A DNA stretch of 57,143 bases from a virus (taxonomy: Duplodnaviria; Caudoviricetes), in IMG/VR virus record IMGVR_UViG_3300003886_000028, positions 1 through 57,143 of that record, one strand, 5' to 3'. Made by a program: the position numbers and the translations under genes. Position 1 is the stretch's first letter; every line of letters starts with the position of its first letter. Below the pieces are notes generated by a model, which was not told where the DNA came from, did no database searches, and saw only the letters and a program-made list of their open reading frames with translations. This document shows positions 54,603 through 57,143 of the stretch, piece by piece.

Positions 54603-55037
54603 ATGAACACAGAAATCAAGGAAATAACGGCCCCCAAGCCACGGTTTGAAGTAATTGGTGATGGAATGGTTAACGACCACAACACTGGCTTGATATGGAC
54701 ACAATCCGACGTTGGCGACGGGAGACTAAATCACCAAAACGCAATGCGTGCGTGTGCTGATCTTAGTCTTGGCGGGCATGCTGATTGGCGCTTGCCAGCA
54801 TGGGATGAATTGCTTTCGCTGATCGATGTCGAAAGATACAGACCTGCCATAAACATCGAGTTTTTTCCGGGTTGCAAATCATCGTATTACCGAACCGGCA
54901 CACCTTACCAAACCGGCACACCTGTATTGCCTTCAACCCGCGATTACGTGTGGGGCGTCAACTTCGGCAGCGGTAACTTAAATGGTTACACTTGCAATAG
55001 CAGCGGCTTCGTCCGGGCCGTTCGGTCATCGGGGTAA
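54603..55037 (+). CDS. DUF1566 (Lcl C-terminal, CLec-fold) protein
   Basis: V.D..TGLIW, A..AC..L.LGGH.DWRLP...EL.SL, W.VNF..G, FVRAVR. Confidence 0.85.
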   Translation: MNTEIKEITAPKPRFEVIGDGMVNDHNTGLIWTQSDVGDGRLNHQNAMRACADLSLGGHADWRLPAWDELLSLIDVERYRPAINIEFFPGCKSSYYRTGTPYQTGTPVLPSTRDYVWGVNFGSGNLNGYTCNSSGFVRAVRSSG

Positions 55038-55143
55038 TGAGGGTCAAGTGTCCGGGATGATGATGTGGATGGAGAGGAAGAATGAGCCTCATTTGCTTAT
55101 CGAAAACCCGCCAGCCGGTTTTTTGATTTTGGAGCGTACGGAA

Positions 55144-55320
55144 ATGGCGGATTGTGAGCACCGATGGGTGGGTAACGATGGGTGCGGCGCTCTACCAATA
55201 TGGCAGCGATTATACGGTCGCGTCATGCGAGTGCGGTGTGCAAACTGCAATATTTGCGCCTGGGTCATGCGGTCGGCGTGGAAAAACATTCTCCGCCGCC
55301 AGCCGCCAGAGTTCCCGTGA
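55144..55320 (+). CDS. small Zn-finger-like protein
   Basis: GGAG RBS; CEH.W and CANC. Confidence 0.5.
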   Translation: MADCEHRWVGNDGCGALPIWQRLYGRVMRVRCANCNICAWVMRSAWKNILRRQPPEFP

Positions 55321-55505
55321 GAGTTAAATGCCCGAGGTGTAACCGAAAGGTTCGAGCAAACAATCAGATTGGACCTGATGACTGGCCAGAACTAATTCTG
55401 GCTACCCACCATGCCCGCAGCTATCCGCGGCGAATAATTTGCCACTACAGCAAAAAACGCTTCGAACTGAACAGCGTTAAAATTATTGACAGGGAAACCT
55501 CATGA
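55317..55505 (+). CDS. small Zn-finger-like protein
   Basis: GTG overlapping upstream TGA; CPRC..H..C. Confidence 0.5.
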   Translation: MRVKCPRCNRKVRANNQIGPDDWPELILATHHARSYPRRIICHYSKKRFELNSVKIIDRETS

Positions 55506-55663
55506 ACCGTATTTCCTTATCGAAAAGAAGTGCTACGCCGGATCGATGTGGAAGACATCGGCCATCTATCTTCACTCTGCTACGACGCCGACATGCGGGC
55601 GATACTGATAAAAGTTGACGGCGAATACGCTGTTGAGTGCAGGCCGAAAATGGAGAAGAGATA

Positions 55664-55900
55664 ATGGATGTTGATAACGAGAATAAAATGGATGTGCAGA
55701 TTGAGCATCATAGGCAATTACAGAGCGATGCCTATATTAGTTCAGTGAAGTCCGAAAACGAACGGAGAAAAGATGCTCACACAATATGGCAGAGGCATGT
55801 TTCTACGGTTAACTACATCAATATTGTACAGGTAATCGCTATTGTTTCGATGTGTGCGAGCATGGTTTTTCTGGCTCTAAAACTAATCGAAAAAATTTAA
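55664..55900 (+). CDS. small protein with C-terminal TM
   Basis: GGAG upstream; hydrophobic C-terminus. Confidence 0.55.
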   Translation: MDVDNENKMDVQIEHHRQLQSDAYISSVKSENERRKDAHTIWQRHVSTVNYINIVQVIAIVSMCASMVFLALKLIEKI

Positions 55901-55921
55901 TGAGCATGACAAACAGTCCTT

Positions 55922-56120
55922 GCCCCTGCGTCTATCGGTGTCGCGCTGATACGGGGTGGAACAAATCATGCGCCGCAATGCCGGGAGTTTCCCGGAGTGC
56001 GCGGAAAGCGGGCCAGTCTCGCGAGGTACCTTTATACCTGAACGGGGTCGGCGGACAGGCGACCGATCCCCACGAAGCTAGCAAAGTCCAAGCCGTTTAC
56101 CTGCCCTCTGAGCGGTTTGG
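55922..56120 (+). ncRNA. candidate structured RNA (several hairpins)
   Basis: at least four stems with G-U pairs in an intergenic stretch. Confidence 0.35.
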
Positions 56121-56143
56121 CACTGACTATCGGGGATACGAAC

Positions 56144-56728
56144 ATGAGTGACATAATCGAAGAAATGTGCGGGCCATTGCGAGGGTGTCGAGCCGAGGCG
56201 ACTGTATGGGCAGAAATTAGGCGCCTGACTGCTGAAAAGGACCAACTGCTATCCGAGAACGTAAAGCTATTGGAGAAAAAGCTGTTTGGGAAAAAAGCCG
56301 AGGCGGACGCACTGGAACAGGCTCAGTTTGAATCGGAAGTAGCCAAAGAGCGTGAGGCGATTGACGACTCTGAATCGAGACTCCGTGAAAGGCATATCGA
56401 GCAGCTTGAGGCAGCACTTAAGGAGATAGCCAAATATTACACACCAAACTGGAATGTCGGCGACACTCACGAATCTACCCAACGGCTTTCACAGATTGCA
56501 AGGGTGGCGCTTGGGTCCATCGTAGAGTTGAACTGTACCCATCCACAGCGCACCAATGCTGGTGGCTATGAGCAGTGTGATATATGCGGCGAGAAATGGC
56601 CTGATTCCGATGTTGGGGGCTGTATGCACGGAGTCAGTATCCATAAGAAATGCGAAATTTGCCGGCATGATGCCGAAATGAACGGAGCCAAAGCAGATAA
56701 CTCGGACAGGTTTTTCAGCGTGCCATAG
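56144..56728 (+). CDS. modular coiled-coil plus Cys/His-knuckle phage protein
   Basis: GGGGA RBS; CTHP..CDIC, CMHG..CEIC. Confidence 0.65.
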   Translation: MSDIIEEMCGPLRGCRAEATVWAEIRRLTAEKDQLLSENVKLLEKKLFGKKAEADALEQAQFESEVAKEREAIDDSESRLRERHIEQLEAALKEIAKYYTPNWNVGDTHESTQRLSQIARVALGSIVELNCTHPQRTNAGGYEQCDICGEKWPDSDVGGCMHGVSIHKKCEICRHDAEMNGAKADNSDRFFSVP

Positions 56729-56740
56729 ACAGTGAATGAC

Positions 56741-56769
56741 TTGACATCTTCACACCGTTAGTGTACCGT
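56741..56769 (+). promoter_or_regulatory. sigma70-type early promoter
   Basis: TTGACA-N17-TACCGT. Confidence 0.6.
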
Positions 56770-56821
56770 CTATACATGGCGTTGGGACAGGCCCGACGCG
56801 ACAGGCAACAGGAGCCTAGAA

Positions 56822-57019
56822 ATGAAAGTCACCGAATCTCAACATAACGACTGCCTCATGATATGCCATCGATTTTCCGACACTATTTCAGTCTCGGAAA
56901 AGACGACATTAAACGTTGTTGCGGGTGCGTTCGCCTGCAATAGTGATGTCAGTTACACGGATATTGCAGATGCGGACAGCATAGTCGTAAAGTACCGAGA
57001 AATTTTGGTTGAGGTATAA
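56822..57019 (+). CDS. hypothetical protein
   Basis: AGGAG RBS. Confidence 0.6.
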   Translation: MKVTESQHNDCLMICHRFSDTISVSEKTTLNVVAGAFACNSDVSYTDIADADSIVVKYREILVEV

Positions 57020-57021
57020 AA

Positions 57022-57143
57022 ATGAAACTCACCCCATTTGCAGAAGCATGTGTCTCCACTGTGCCAGTTAACGAATTGGTAGATGCGTTGAATGGTCCCG
57101 TTGACTCTAACGATTTGGTGGAGTGGGACATCACAGAGGCTGA
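57022..57143 (+). CDS. hypothetical protein, truncated by window end
   Basis: GAGG RBS; open to the end of the window. Confidence 0.55.
   Translation, partial: MKLTPFAEACVSTVPVNELVDALNGPVDSNDLVEWDITEA

Noticed and set aside
55852-56151. 99-aa ORF
   Set aside because: No clear RBS or motif; the region is better explained by RNA stems.
1-57143. tRNA genes, integrase/att sites, terminal repeats
   Set aside because: None recognised by eye; tRNAscan-SE and a self-alignment would be needed to be certain.

Overview
Most of a tailed-phage (podovirus-type) genome with no host genes. A long minus-strand late operon (~37.5 kb down to 2.0 kb) encodes TerS, TerL, portal, scaffold, an N4-gp56-family major capsid, head-tail connector and tail-tube proteins, a tail fibre, ejection proteins, a 3428-aa polyvalent injected protein, and a GH108 endolysin/lysis cassette. 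Early and accessory genes include an ECF sigma factor, C5 and N4/N6 DNA methyltransferases, an HNH endonuclease, a putative annealing protein, Cro- and Xis-like HTH proteins, a DUF6745 cassette, a DUF1566 protein and a DHH phosphoesterase. No integrase, replicase, reverse transcriptase, tRNA or CRISPR was recognised. Most striking observations: (1) at least seven tail/adhesin-like proteins in the late operon carry N-terminal Sec-type signal peptides and often paired cysteines, suggesting virion appendages exported to and matured in the periplasm; (2) TerL is split into ATPase and nuclease genes 5.5 kb apart, with five of these signal-peptide genes in between; (3) one C5-methyltransferase locus encodes three proteins in overlapping frames, including a nested HNH gene that leaves the MTase frame open; (4) a DUF6745 gene carries a 33-unit 12-bp repeat that varies only at one codon. 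All family assignments come from motifs recognised by eye; no searches were run.
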